The notes under the pieces: model-generated
Seen by the model: only the letters and a program-made list of their open reading frames with translations
The model's database searches: none
What the model was told of the DNA's origin: nothing
Program-made: the position numbers and the translations under genes
Source: Catajapyx aquilonaris
Lineage: Eukaryota
Direction: 5' to 3'
NCBI GenBank assembly: GCA_000934665.2
Contig: KZ538588.1
Coordinates: forward strand, 1 to 60,505
DNA length: 60,505 bases
Shown: in pieces, positions 37,005 through 50,078 of the stretch
Layout of the letters: each line of letters begins with the position of its first letter
Position numbering within the stretch: the stretch's first letter is position 1

Positions 37005-38956
37005 TAAAACAAAAAAAAATTAAAAAAGCTAATTTTGGTCGTATTCTAGCTAATTGATCACTTTTCTGAATTGTACAGTATCTGCACAGTGTGATCCTTC
37101 TTACTAGCCAAGAACAAACGGTGAAATTGGCTGGTTACCTTATTACCAATCAAATGGCAGCATTCCGGTTATAAACACTACAACAAGGTTGATCAGCATG
37201 CCAGTATATACTTCAGAGATTTCCATTATGGCAATATGGACTGTTTGCCAAAATTGTCGATTTCCATCAGATTTGTGAAAAAATTTCCAAATATCATCTC
37301 TTTTAAATAGCAATGTGCCCACTGGGAATAAAGTTGGAAACATTTCAAAATGTGCAACTGCTAAATAATTCTCCAATGATACATGTGTGCGGAATGACTA
37401 ATCAACCTTCAGCAAATGTGTCAAAATTGCCAATATCGAGTTGAAGGGGCTACACACGATCAAGGGGATGAGACGCACCAACCATTCAAGGTGCGATATT
37501 TCGTACTGCAGTCTTCCCAGAGATAACTACACAAAATATAAGCGTGCTCATTCAAAATGTAACCGGTATCGTAAAAAATCTGACCCTTGCGGAGAGAAAT
37601 AATGATCGTGACTAAACTGTATAGGCCTACATTAGAAATTAATGATACTATGAATAGTGAGCAAAATAAACTTATTATCACTAATTAGTGTAATACGAAA
37701 GAGTAATCGGCACGATGAATAGCATCATATTGTACGTATAAGGGCAAAATGTAAAGAGTATTCCTGTAGGGTGTAGGCTATACTACATGTGCATTTCCTT
37801 TTTGTAATAATACGAATATTTCGTAAAACACTTCGGAGCAATCTCAAAGCACCTAACGTCAACATAGTGCCGTTTACAAACGTGCAATATCTCTTAAATA
37901 AAATTATAAAGTAAGTGTAGCTCAAAAAAGTACCATGTCAGCTCATAGATTAGGAAGAGGTTTATTTGTGAATATCTCAAAGCTACTTTTGACGGATATT
38001 CTTCGCTTACGTTAGTCATTTCACGCATACCCTTCACCACAAGGATCCCCGTAGTGTTTCCCCACAATTGACAATCTCAGGCTAACCAAAGGTAGAGACT
38101 TTCCACTTCAAAGTTACCGTGGCTGTGTCGTAACTCAAACCACCCCCCTGGCGCCATCGACCGTAACTTACACCAGCACCTGGCACCATCTGCTGTCACT
38201 CAACTCAACCCCCAGAGCCCCCAGCGCCATCCAGAGGCGGAAAGCGTCGGAGGAGCATAAAAGCTGGGCGTGTGAGTGTGGCTGTTTCAAATATCCATCG
38301 GGGTCAAATTGCGGTGTGTAGCCGGGAATGGAGGCCAAGAGGGGTCGTATCTGGCTGGAATGGAGCAAGGAGGTCGTTTGGGGTGCTGCTGCCTGATTCT
38401 CCGCCGCCATTAACAGCGCCACCCACAGCCTGATAGCGACTCCTGTCAACACCATCCGCCCTGATTTACTGAGTATTGTAAACGCCTGCCATTCTGAATA
38501 CACCCCATGCACCCCTCATCGATTTGGAACTTCCGAGACAGCATCAATTATTCACCTTTGCAACAATGCTCGCTAGGGTTTCAATTTCCAACTCAAGTGC
38601 ACCAAAGGTCTGAAAAAATGGGTCTCCGCTTGAGCAATCTGTCCTTTCGAGGCGCAAAGTATGTGACACGGCCAACGGAAAAAAGGAAGCTGCGAAAAGG
38701 ATGAATTCTAAGGGGCAGTGCGAGTGGAATAATCCTCCGGGGACCCATATTGTATCCTTGCTTCAACTGCACTTCCTTCACGCAATGAATTTCAAATTCC
38801 ATTCCGCCTCCCTAACGCTGAATTAATTTCCGGGCTCTCCCGGCAGAGGCCCACCCCTTCTCATTTTTTTGCGCCAGAAAATAATATTAGGCTGCAGAGT
38901 TTTGCTGGCCAGACAGACGGGAGATATGAGACAAAAAAAGAAGGCTGCAGACTTAC

Positions 38957-39067
38957 CAGAAGTAGGAAAGCGCCAAAAGCAAGGCAGAACACCAGTGGGC
39001 CTGCTAGGTCAGTATCCTGGAGGATGTTGCGGTCAGTGGCACGGAACGGGTTCAGCACCGCCAGGGT
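38957..39067 (-). CDS. YIPF5: Internal coding exon of a Yip1-domain Golgi/ER trafficking protein (YIPF5/Yip1A-like)
   Basis: Minus strand reads ...gaccctctgttttcAG | 111 nt = [37 protein letters not shown] | GTAAGT. This closely resembles the recalled YIPF5 segment [37 protein letters not shown], and similarity stops exactly at canonical splice sites. Phase 0-0, no stops. Confidence 0.93.
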
Positions 39068-42000
39068 CTGAAAACAGAGGGTCGTTATCAATTCATGATT
39101 CAAACAGTGAAATAATATCAAACAGGTTTTAAAAACATGATACATAACAACCTACAGTGAAGACACGTGTATACCTCTTATAATTGGTGTATATATTATC
39201 TCAATCGGAGGGTAACTTACATAGAGAATATACACCATTCTCTGCTGCACGTTTTCTTACAAATTAACTCTATTTGTCAATTTATGCACTTTTAAATGGA
39301 TACAGAATACGCGGGAAAGTTCCCTAAATTATATAAAAATTTATGGAAATGCAATTGGGAGGAATTTCATGGTTGATATTCAATGAAATAGATGATTGTG
39401 AAAGCCTGGTCGTACAGTGGCAACACTTTCAATGGGATACTGTAATAGCGAAAAATTACTGCACATACAGTCCGTCCATTTAATTAATGTTACTCTAAAT
39501 ATTTAACACCATCTATTGTCATATAAATTTTGCACAACAATCTGGAAGGATTCTGACCCCCACGGCACGGCGCGGCGCGGCAGTCATTTTAAAATAATAA
39601 AACATCGAAAATTTGCAGCTTTCAAGCCCAGAATTTCGCAACTCAGAGAATAAACAGGGAAAAAACAGTTTAACTTTTTCATCCAGTATACTGCCGGTTA
39701 GAAACAATTTCCACAAAAAAATTATCACGAGGGCCATCAAAATCGATCCTGCAACAGATCCTTTCCGTTTATCGACTATAGGTGTAGGCTAGATGTCTCA
39801 TTTAACCCAATTTGGCGATTAAGGGTAATTACAAGTTAACTTTGACCTAGTGATAGCGTACCGAAAGACGAAGTTTAGGTGTAAAGCAAACTGTCGTAGT
39901 GGTTTGGTCTGTACAAACACAAAGGTGAGGAATGAGCGGCAGGTAGTCACAGGATAAGTAGGCTATATGACAGAAGAGTGTCCGAAATCACATATTCGGC
40001 CTACATGGTGTCCATGACATGTCTAATATTATTTTTGATCACAACAGTGGCATATTTAAGGATATTTAAACTAAAGCACTTCCAATGAAACTATTTTACA
40101 ATACGGTTCGCTAATAAGTGCGATGCGATACTGAACTGGTATACATCATTCATCATCACATCCTGTAAAAAAGCAATACCCTGCAACTGATTTTGCAGGT
40201 TTTTTGGGAATATGGGCTGTAAAATATACACGGACAGAGAAGCACACATGCGTGCATCAGGCCCATGTTGGCCTCCAACACGTGGCTGCTCATGGCCTGT
40301 TCTCATATCTGTGGGAAGCGACCTGTCAGCCAGGAAGCGAGGCAGGCAGAACTAGTAATCTCTCTCTTAGCAATTATTATTCTACATTTATCATTACTAC
40401 TTGTATAGACCTATACATAACTCCTGCTACAGCCTAGATAAATATCAACAAACTGTTACCCAATTAAATAGTCTTTCCCACCCATGCCCAGTAACAGACC
40501 TCTACTTCCCACCCATTTTACTTGTCTGCTTGTGCGACCTGACACTCTTCTACCCCTACTTTCTCTTGTTATTCTCAAGCACAATCGAGTTGCTTTTCCT
40601 GCTTCCAAACATTATATTCTCTCAAGATCAGAGGATCACTAAGATCATACTGGGTCGGCGCTAGAAAGAATCCAATCCTGACATCCAATGTGCAAGGTGG
40701 ACGTCATATACTTGAATTAATGAGAGTGTCAAGTACACTCTCACACCTTCTATGTAGATTCGCGCTCTATAAAGTGCAGCCTTCTCTCACAATCAACAAC
40801 CATGGAAGTGGAGAGTGATGAGTGACAAAATAAGTCCTTTATTCTTCCTCGATTTCCTGCAGTGAGTATGCATCCTATAGTCTTCAATAAAAGTGTTTCA
40901 ACCGATAGGCACCGGAGGAAGCACATGAATCCCGCCGGATATGATTGGGAGCAACTCTGGAGAAAAAATGGGTGAAAAGGAGGGTCGGTGGTCCTGACAG
41001 GAAGACAAAAGACATTTCTCATTAGGCAGCGCCCATTAGCCGGCTCACCAAAGGTAATAACCCGTGGCGAAGACAAATTCACACGTGCAAGTTGGGAGTG
41101 AGCGGGACTGCTGCTCTTGTAATCAACCTGCTGCAGGAGGAATCCATCCGGGCTTTGACAGCGCCGACTTAATTACCGCCCAGGAGCGGACCATTCATCA
41201 AAAAAGTGCCGTCGGGCTCTGGTTCTTTCCAGTCACTTCCAACTTGTACTTCCATTAGTCTCCAGAGACCAGGCACTAATTCGCCATCTTTGTCGTTTAG
41301 TGAGGAAACTGATCCTATCACTCTTCCCAACCGGTTATAAGAAAGGCCAACGTAATAAGGACTGCCAAAGATTTGGGGAGAAAAAGTAGGACGGGAACCC
41401 AAATCTTGGACGAAACAAAAGGACTTGTGCAGTGACTGGGAGTCTCGATAAACCACCACGAGACATTATACATATGGGGAGACACGCCAATAGCTCCTAT
41501 TAGACTGGAGAAGCTGATTTGTGAGGAATGTCGGAGTTTGAGCAAGACAAGAGTGAAGCTCGTCAACAATAGCAAACGTCAGAGTCTGACCTCCTGGTAC
41601 GCATTGTGAGCAACCCCGGTCCCTCTTTGCACCTCATTAGTAGTTTGTCCGTGGTTCTAGATAGGAGGGCCCCGTCTCTTCATCCGGGTCGCATTCAAAT
41701 CCACGCACGAGTGCAGATGCTAACCTAGGATGGGTGGGATGGGTGAGGTGGGAGGGGGAGGTTTCTCCCAGCCTCCCACTTTTGCTCATTTATCACGCCT
41801 CGGCGCGAGAGAGACTGCCTCCTGTCTTCAGGATCCGTCCGCCATGATAAGGACCTTCCAAGAGCCCCCTTTTGACCCTTCCTGGACGCTGACGAGGCAC
41901 CTTTTTTTCGTATCGCCAACTGACGCTGACTTATCGAAATTGGCTTTCTGGAAAAGGGACGGGGGAAAGGGGGGTGGTTGGCTAGGGTGCAGACAAGGCT

Positions 42001-45000
42001 CAAAGTTACATCCCCGAAACTTCCAGTCGGAGGCATAAAAAGCGACATTGATACATGCTAACTTGTTTTTTACAGCCATAATCACCTATTAGGATGGCAG
42101 TGATGAGGAATATGGCCTTTTAGTGGACAATACCCCGAAAAAAGGGAGCAATTGGCAAAAATCGCTAATTTCCGTCGCTCGGTAATATCTGGACGTTTTT
42201 ATTGGCTCGATTGCTGCTAATTAACCCGAGTGTCCTTTTACGAGCCGGCAAAAACTCGTGTCTGGCAATTGACCGCAGCGCATAAATACCTGCCGCGCCT
42301 CATTTTTACTAGGGCCGAAATATTTGTCCAGGATTACGCTCCCGATGAGATAGGTACAAGTGTAATTATTACGACCCCCGCCAAGCGCCATGTTTCATAA
42401 AATGCTGGCTGTATAATACGCCTGATGTCGATTAGACCCCCTAATGCGCAACTGAAACTCTCTCGGCTCACCCCTAATACAGGCAGGGCACATTACGAAT
42501 GCGTCAGCTTAGCTCACCTGGTATCAAATGCTCATTTACGGCTTAGACACCTTTTCAGTCACTTCTTCATATATGCGAATCCTTAATAAAGATAACTTAG
42601 CCACCAATGGATTAAGGGAATTTCCCACATTGTTGGATGGCGGCCATGATGTGCATATGCTGGTCAATTTTGGACACAGCCTCGGCTCTGGCCCAATCAA
42701 GACAAGAGATTCGAAGACCGGTGGCGGTCCTAGGGGGCTTCCAAATTCGCGATTTATTTCGGCACCTCATTGTGCCTCATCTTTTCCTGAATCTGGAGGC
42801 TAAATTAAAGTGTTAATGGGTGTTGGGGCTGAAGATGGTGGTAATTAATCAGGTGAGCCTCGCGTCTGCTAAAAGCCTTCCTCTTAGGGAAAATTACTCG
42901 CCCCAGTTCATTTTGGGACCCACTTCTCTCCATCCGTTGGCGACCTTTGTCCTCACCCCCTCCAACGCCATCTGTGACTGACCTCAATTACAATCCATGC
43001 AAAGATGATTATGAAAATCTGGACCAGGTTGTTTCATCCGATAACTTCTAAACTATGGTTGTGTCAGTCACCAAAAACGACGCCCATGAATATTGTAATT
43101 GGAGGCAAAGTGTCACCGGGAGGTCAATAAATTTGGGCCAGAACATTAGGGAAATGGCCGGCTAAGAGAGGCAATTTGAACCACAACGGATCCTCTAAAT
43201 AATGGCAGCGCAATTCATTAATCGGGGCAGGGTGTTCAGGAACCGCAGGAGTGGAGGGCTAAGGCATAAAAATTCCCTGGCTACTATGCAGGACTAGAAA
43301 GGCCGGGTATAATATTAGCAATAAAAAATGGCCGAATGCCGAAGGGGAGAAAAAGAGAGGATGAATTTTGCACATAAAGCGCTAACGACAGGCAGATTGG
43401 CCTCGGGTTGTTTTGATGATCCCGAATGGTAGGAGGAAGCGGCGGTAAACTTCCCGCCCTAATGAGTTAGCGCCCTTTAATTATCACAAGTTAATTATGT
43501 GCAACCCGTAATAAGACCGTTTAAAAATAATGAAAGGGATGGTGGAAGTCGGAGAATAGGACTGTCCTTATGCATTGTTATTGAGGAACACTAGATTTGT
43601 GCACAACCTGAGCAGTGCGACACCCTTACACAAAATCCGCGTATCATTTTTCTGCAGAGTACCGTATCCTATTACACAATCACTCGCTAAGCTGCAACAA
43701 GGGTATCGTCGACCGGACTCTGGTCCGAGCTATTTGATCACCTCGTGTCCGTAATACTCAACAAGTATCGCCATGCTGCAAAGAACCGTTTTAGTCCAAC
43801 ATCTGTGCAAATGAGCCCTGATTTTTTCGACCGATAGAACCTCTCCGGTAATGCACATTTCAAACTGTTTTTATCCGGGGAGTCTGGATGGTAACAGTCA
43901 TTGGAGAGGCATTTTTGCTCGGGGTAATAGACATGGAAGCCGCGTCCCCGTAATCCGCGACGCGAATGGCTGGAAATAATGCCCGCTATCAGGACTTAGG
44001 TCGAGAGAGATCTTTTTCCTCCTCTTCTGCACCATCTCTTTGGCAAGCCCAAAAGGAAAAGAGGGTAGGTGGGTGGAGGGAGGGAGGGAGGGAGGGAGGG
44101 AGGGAGTAATGTCGGTGATAACTTTGAGAGGCTTATCGCGGAATTTAATTCCCGGACAAGATGAGGAGGGAAATGAAAGGCGATTTGCCCGCCCTTGTTA
44201 CAGCCCAGTTTTCACGCCCTGGTACGCCCTCGGCCATCATTCTCGACCTTGTGACGTCACGCTACTTTGATGGACTATTAGTCCGCGTCCTACTATAGAC
44301 TCTAATCTCTACTCTCGTATTTCACAAGGTGGAATTATCCCACCAAACACAAAGCGTGTATATATTTTCCTAAATGCATCGAGAGGAAATTACTTCGTAA
44401 TCCGGCTTATTGGGTATACTGTGTACACTCACAATGAATCCATCGAAACCTAGAGCGGCAGATGTCCTTTTCCAATCTACACTCTGGTATACCATAATCC
44501 AGTAAAAGCTGATATATAAACTTATAACGAATAGACCAAGAGAAAAATCCAAGTGTATGCCGTCTGTCAGCGGAGCAAACTATATCTCTTATAGTTTGGT
44601 GACCGATCAAGTCACCTACATTACACAACGTGGAATACCAATTATTATACATGCCTACACTATTAGCGCGCCATGTAGTCTTCTCTTACGACGATCAACA
44701 ACTATCATACCTTTACACCAAACTACCATGCCCCATGTAAAGAATACAATTCACATTCATTTTGCTACAAAAGGGAAGTATTTATGCACCCATGGTTTAG
44801 CGAATAGTAAATACCAGGAAAAATCTTTCTTTACCCTGCACTTACAAGCTATAACCTAGTAATATACAGTACAGGCTGCAGGTAATTAACGTGAGTAAAC
44901 AGCTGATTTAAAAAAACAACGAGAAAAGGCACCCAAGAGTATATTCGACCATTGAACCATGAACAATCGTAATCAAAGTCGCTGTGTGCCCAGAGTAATT

Positions 45001-46223
45001 AAAACGCGGCAGCACTCCCGTCCTGAAACGACTATTTTTACCAAAAATATGCCATTTCCCACTGGACACTTGATAAATAAACCCAGACCTTCGGACATGA
45101 ACGGCATCCACTTGTTGTCGCGACAATGCCATGACAAGGGCGCAAAAGCGAAAGGACAGTTGTGACACCTGGCCGACACCCGTGTGACACCTCAATTACA
45201 AGAAATCCCTGGGCACACAAAACCTGATTATTTTCCAGGGGCCCTGAAGTCTAATTGCAGGCCCACGGGTACGTGGAGATGGGGGCAGGGGGTAGGGGCA
45301 GGGGTGTGGGGAGCAAATTTAATACCCCCATCAAACGCATTTTTCTAATAGCAGGTAAACACTTTTGGGCTCAGCTTGCAATCCGGGAGCGGCCATTATG
45401 AGGGGTTGCTTCCCTTCATAAAAATGAACGCTACTGCTGGCTAACAATTTCCCACGCGTATAACCGTCGGCGGTAATTAAGTGTCTATCTGGTTAGAGTG
45501 TCATGAAGATTAATCCCGAAACTTCACCAGCCCAACACGTATTTTCAAGCGTGATGCGCAAAAATTAAGGAAGCGTATCAAGGCAAGAGGTTGGCCATTT
45601 TTACAGAAGGAAATAAATGAAGCACTCTCGAAGCGTGATTTTGTTCGCGTTTATCAGAGTCCAAATCAGTGTAGCCTGTGCTCTGATGTGGTTTCACACC
45701 GCGTGGATAAAAAAAAAATATTGGGTAACCGGGTTTAATAACGACTATGGAAAGCGCTCGACAATAGACAGTTTCATCAAAAAGAAAGGCGTTAGCAGTA
45801 AATGCACTGTACATCGACATTCTGAGCATTCCCACATGAATTCGCTATTAACGCAGTTAGTTTTGTGGCCATTCATAATGAATGGCGCAATATTGGGAAA
45901 GCATAAGAGGAAAGCTTTCACAGCTACACCATACACTATATCGCTAGCTGGCCATTAAGTCGGTAACTGAATTATTCAGATTCCAATGTACCGCACTAAT
46001 AGCATCCAGTCAAGAAATAGACAATAATGGATTTAGCAGTTATCAGGTTGGTGTTATATGGTGTCAGAAAGAGACTTAATAGAGAGGGGGAGTGCAGTCC
46101 CCCTCTCTCTTAATATCAATGAATTGACGATGCATGGGTTGGTAGACTGCAGTTCATTGCTCTTTTCCAGTACATTTTTAGCCTGCGCTGTCTGGGACGT
46201 CACAAGGAGAGGGGCAAAAGGAG

Positions 46224-46254
<31 letters not shown>

Positions 46255-47725
46255 AGGCTTCCGTGATGGCGCGTTGATGTAATAAGGGAAGGCTCGATCT
46301 AAAATGTATAATTTAAAAATTAGCATGCCATCTTTTATAGCCTGTTCTGTCATGCAGAAATCATCTCCAATTGCTCCGGGACCATTCAGCAATGCAAATA
46401 AGCTCAATAAGAAAATTCCGAGTTCAATGCTTCACTTTAAATTAATTCCAATTCCCCAGGGTTGTAAGTCTGCGAAGCTATAGCAGCAAGAGCGATGCCA
46501 AGTTGATACCAAGTCCTGACGGTAATCAGCAATGAGATTTTCGGAGTGGAATTAGTAATTCCGGGCAGGTGAGTGAGGGCGACGACAGCGACAAGGGCGG
46601 CAGAAGTGCGCAGCTCTCAGCGAGCAAGCCGAAGGTCTTTTCGCCAGGCTCATTATGAGTAACGCGATTAGCGAGCCCCTTGGCAGCCCCCGACGCTCGT
46701 TTCACGTCCAATTCCACTCGTCAAAGTAGAGCTTCATGCAAAAACACTCGTCTTCATCAAGGCGATTTGTTCAGGCCGCCGCCAGGAGCAACCAAACCCT
46801 CTTCAGCATTCACCCTCCCACCCTTCACTCCCCTCCTTTCCCCATCATACCAATCTTTCCAATCTCAAAATGCTCCGGTTATTTTCCAGGAAAGAAGGAA
46901 CTGAATTGAAAAGCCATAGTTCACCTTTAATGCAAAGTTAATAATCTTCAGTCAAATGAACAAAGCAGGACCGAAAGGTAGGCCAATTGGTCATTCAGTC
47001 TGATGTGGCAATGTTTCCGATGCATAGAACAAGGCAAAACGCAACTAAAGCGTCGCTACTCAGAGAAATTATATTCACGTGTAGCCTACATACCGTAAAT
47101 GTGCTTGATATACGTACTGTACTACTAGCCTGGGGCTGTTCCCATGGGTGGCAACAGTAAAAATTACCGGAGATAAACCACTCGCGCCATCAGGTGTACA
47201 CTTTAGTCGTGTAATCATGCGTGATGACGGGTGGGCACTAATTACCCTTACGGCTAATGATTACGGGTAATTACCGGTAACTGTTAATCAGGTGTACACT
47301 TGAAAACAAGATATATAGCTCTTAAAGGGTACATCTGTAACATTAGAATGACATAATGTGATAAAGTGTGATGACACCACTGCATTGGAAGGAAATTTTT
47401 GCTGAAGAACATTTGCATTGAAAATGTCAGATTTTCACTATTTAATTAAGGATAGGCCAATTTCAATGGTCAACTGTATGTGTACAATCATTGGTTTCAT
47501 TAGACCTCATTTCACTAAAGGCATACAACCTTATACACACATTTTTGCACAAAAAATCGGTGTATGGACAATGCTGCCGTGATGCTCTGTCAGTGCACTG
47601 CTTTAAGAAGTTATTATACTCAGCGACCTACTCAATATAGTACTGAACAGAGCAGAGGATATCACACATGAACACACAGCGCAGCGTCGAGATTCTGCAG
47701 GGTTGTTAGCGTTACTAAATTATTA

Positions 47726-47864
47726 CAGCGATGGCCAGGTGGATTGTACTATATCGCTCAAAAAGATAGAGACGATTGGCATTTGATTCAAGTGCAAGTT
47801 GCACTTGAGTCAAATGCAAAATCGTCTCTATCTTTTTGGGCGATATAGTACCTGGTCATCGCTG
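47726..47864. mobile_element. 100-bp loopless hairpin MITE (47749-47848, TA-flanked) inside a short CAGCGATG(G/A)CCAGG inverted repeat
   Basis: TA|CTATATCGCTCAAAAAGATAGAGACGATT...AATCGTCTCTATCTTTTTGGGCGATATAG|TA; outer pair CAGCGATGGCCAGG / CCTGGTCATCGCTG. Confidence 0.82.
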
Positions 47865-49342
47865 GTAACCCAATCTTGATGGGAATATGCCGTGAGTGAA
47901 ATGAATGAATGATGTTATTAAGTACAAATAAAATTAATATAATTATTAAATGTCGGTCTTAATAAGTCAATATCAGGCTTCAGTGCTGAAAATCCGTAGC
48001 AAATTAGTTTCTCTCTTGCCTTAATATTTAGACCAACCGCCGACCTCGCCTTCAAAATGAAGGTTGTCCTCCAAGTACCAATATTGAGTTAGAGAGAGGA
48101 TGAATATTTTCAAAACAAGCTCTACACCCTGTGCTAATAAGGCATGGCATGGCATGTCAGGTCTATACATGCTCCAGAAAATGAGTTCTAAAAGTGCAAT
48201 TTATTATACGTGCATGTTGATTCCATGTCGCCATTATAATCAACAAAATTCTCATAATACCTGTCATAATATTTCGCTGTATATTGTAACTCCACATATG
48301 TGGACAGGAAATTATTTCCGATGCCCCTAACCGCGGGAATCATTTCGAACCTGCTGTCCAAGGAGGGGGAGATCTCATTTCATTGTATCGTTCAGTTATT
48401 CAACAGAAAGTGAAGACAGTGTGGGGCATTTCGACAGCGATTCTGGAGATGATTCTGATGGTGGACAACTAACAACCAAAAAACACGACAGTTCACAGTT
48501 GACCTCACTACCAGAGCTGTGGCAAAAAGAAAACAGAAATTGTTTTTATGACTTTTATAAATAAAGGCACGGAATGTAGTTATACCAGCCACATGTCCAC
48601 ATATGTGGACATACGTGGACACGGCGTAACTCCAAACCTATCATTAAAAAATCCTATTTAACCTTGCTAAGGATGGTAACAATATCCGGAAAATGTGGTT
48701 ATCTTTCATTTTCATGTTAAATAACATGCTCAGGTTGGAAGAGGTTAAACCTGGGCTAAGTGATCAGTAGGAATTTGAGAACAAGTTGTTGATATAATTA
48801 TTGTTATTAATTGTTGGCAAGTAATATTCAAAACTATGCAAAACAAGGATCAATCTTAATACAGCAAATATGCGGATATCCAGCATTTATGCTACCTGAA
48901 AAGATAACACGTGAAAAAACATTATGCTGTAAACACGTACCTGTATTTGCAATGCAAACAACATCAAGCACCAAGAGTGTTATATGGCCCAAGGGAATAA
49001 CCGCTCTCACACTATATGAAGAGCTCGTTTGCAAAAGTGCCTAAGTCCATTTTCTTCATTTTTCACAAGAAGGCAAGAAAGCAATGCGTCCATACTAGCT
49101 AGAATTAGTCACTTCGGTAATTGCTATGATCCGTGCCCTTCCATTGGCAATAGTGCAGGAAATTTAGTCACCGTAGTTTTAGAGATAATGAGATTTAACA
49201 ATTTGGACTTAGGCAGTTTTGCAAAAGATTTGCTGACTTCATAGTAGTATTGACACAATAAACATTACATCATGTGTATTTTGCTACGGAATAATGACTA
49301 ACTGTTACATTTCCCATCAATTTATTAATCAAACTTACAATA

Positions 49343-50078
49343 CAGGGTGTCCGACAAGTCTGGAGCCATAGGTAATTGAATTACATTGTTGGTTTCCAGT
49401 TGTGCCGACTGCAAATGCTGACTGTGCCAAGTCAGCCTTAAAAGGGACAGTCAACTCAAAATACAAGTTGGTCTCTAAATATCATGCAAAAAATCATAAT
49501 TCCGAGAATGCGATCCGTTTATCTCTGAGACGAACGGTAATGACAGGGGAAGAGACGAAAGTCGGAAAAAAATCGAGGTTTGATCGAGCGTGGCGCCGCC
49601 CCGGCCACCGGCCACCTGGCGAAGTTGGATGCAGGGCCCCCGCGCGCAGGTTTGAAATGCAGTTCGGTCGGATATTTCTGGCTGCTGCGGGGGCCCGGTA
49701 TTCAACTTCCTCAGGCAGCCGCCAGGTGGCCGGGGGAGGTGTGGGCTGGACTGGAGGAGCAGGGGGATAGAGCCGGCCCTTTATTTCTCGGATTACCGTT
49801 CGCCGTAGAAAAAAAACCCGATGGTAGCCTCCGGAATCAGGATTTTTTGCCTAATTTTTAGAGACCAACTTGTATTTTGAGTGGACTGTCCCTTTAACTT
49901 ACTGTCATGAAACTGCTAGTTGGAGGAGTGCCCCCTCTAAAGACCGCATTGGGTCATAATGGGGTATGCAAAATAAATTTAATGAAATGAAATAACATAA
50001 AAACCACTAGTTTGACGGTAACTAGAAACCAACAATGACATCCAATTACCTATGCTTCCGGACTTGTGTGACACCCTG
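49343..50078. mobile_element. Tc1/mariner-type MITE (middle layer)
   Basis: TA|CAGGGTGTCCGACAAGTCTGGAGCCATAGGTAATTG...CAATTACCTATGCTTCCGGACTTGTGTGACACCCTG|TA. Confidence 0.88.
49443..49893. mobile_element. Kolobok-like TTAA MITE (inner layer)
   Basis: TTAAA|AGGGACAGTCAACTCAAAATACAAGTTGGTCTCTAAA...TTTAGAGACCAACTTGTATTTTGAGTGGACTGTCCCT|TTAA; GC-rich interior. Confidence 0.88.

Noticed and set aside
40400..41700. Possible endogenous viral or retroelement coding remnant
   Set aside because: The frames I translated showed stops and no recognisable motif; blastx would be needed.
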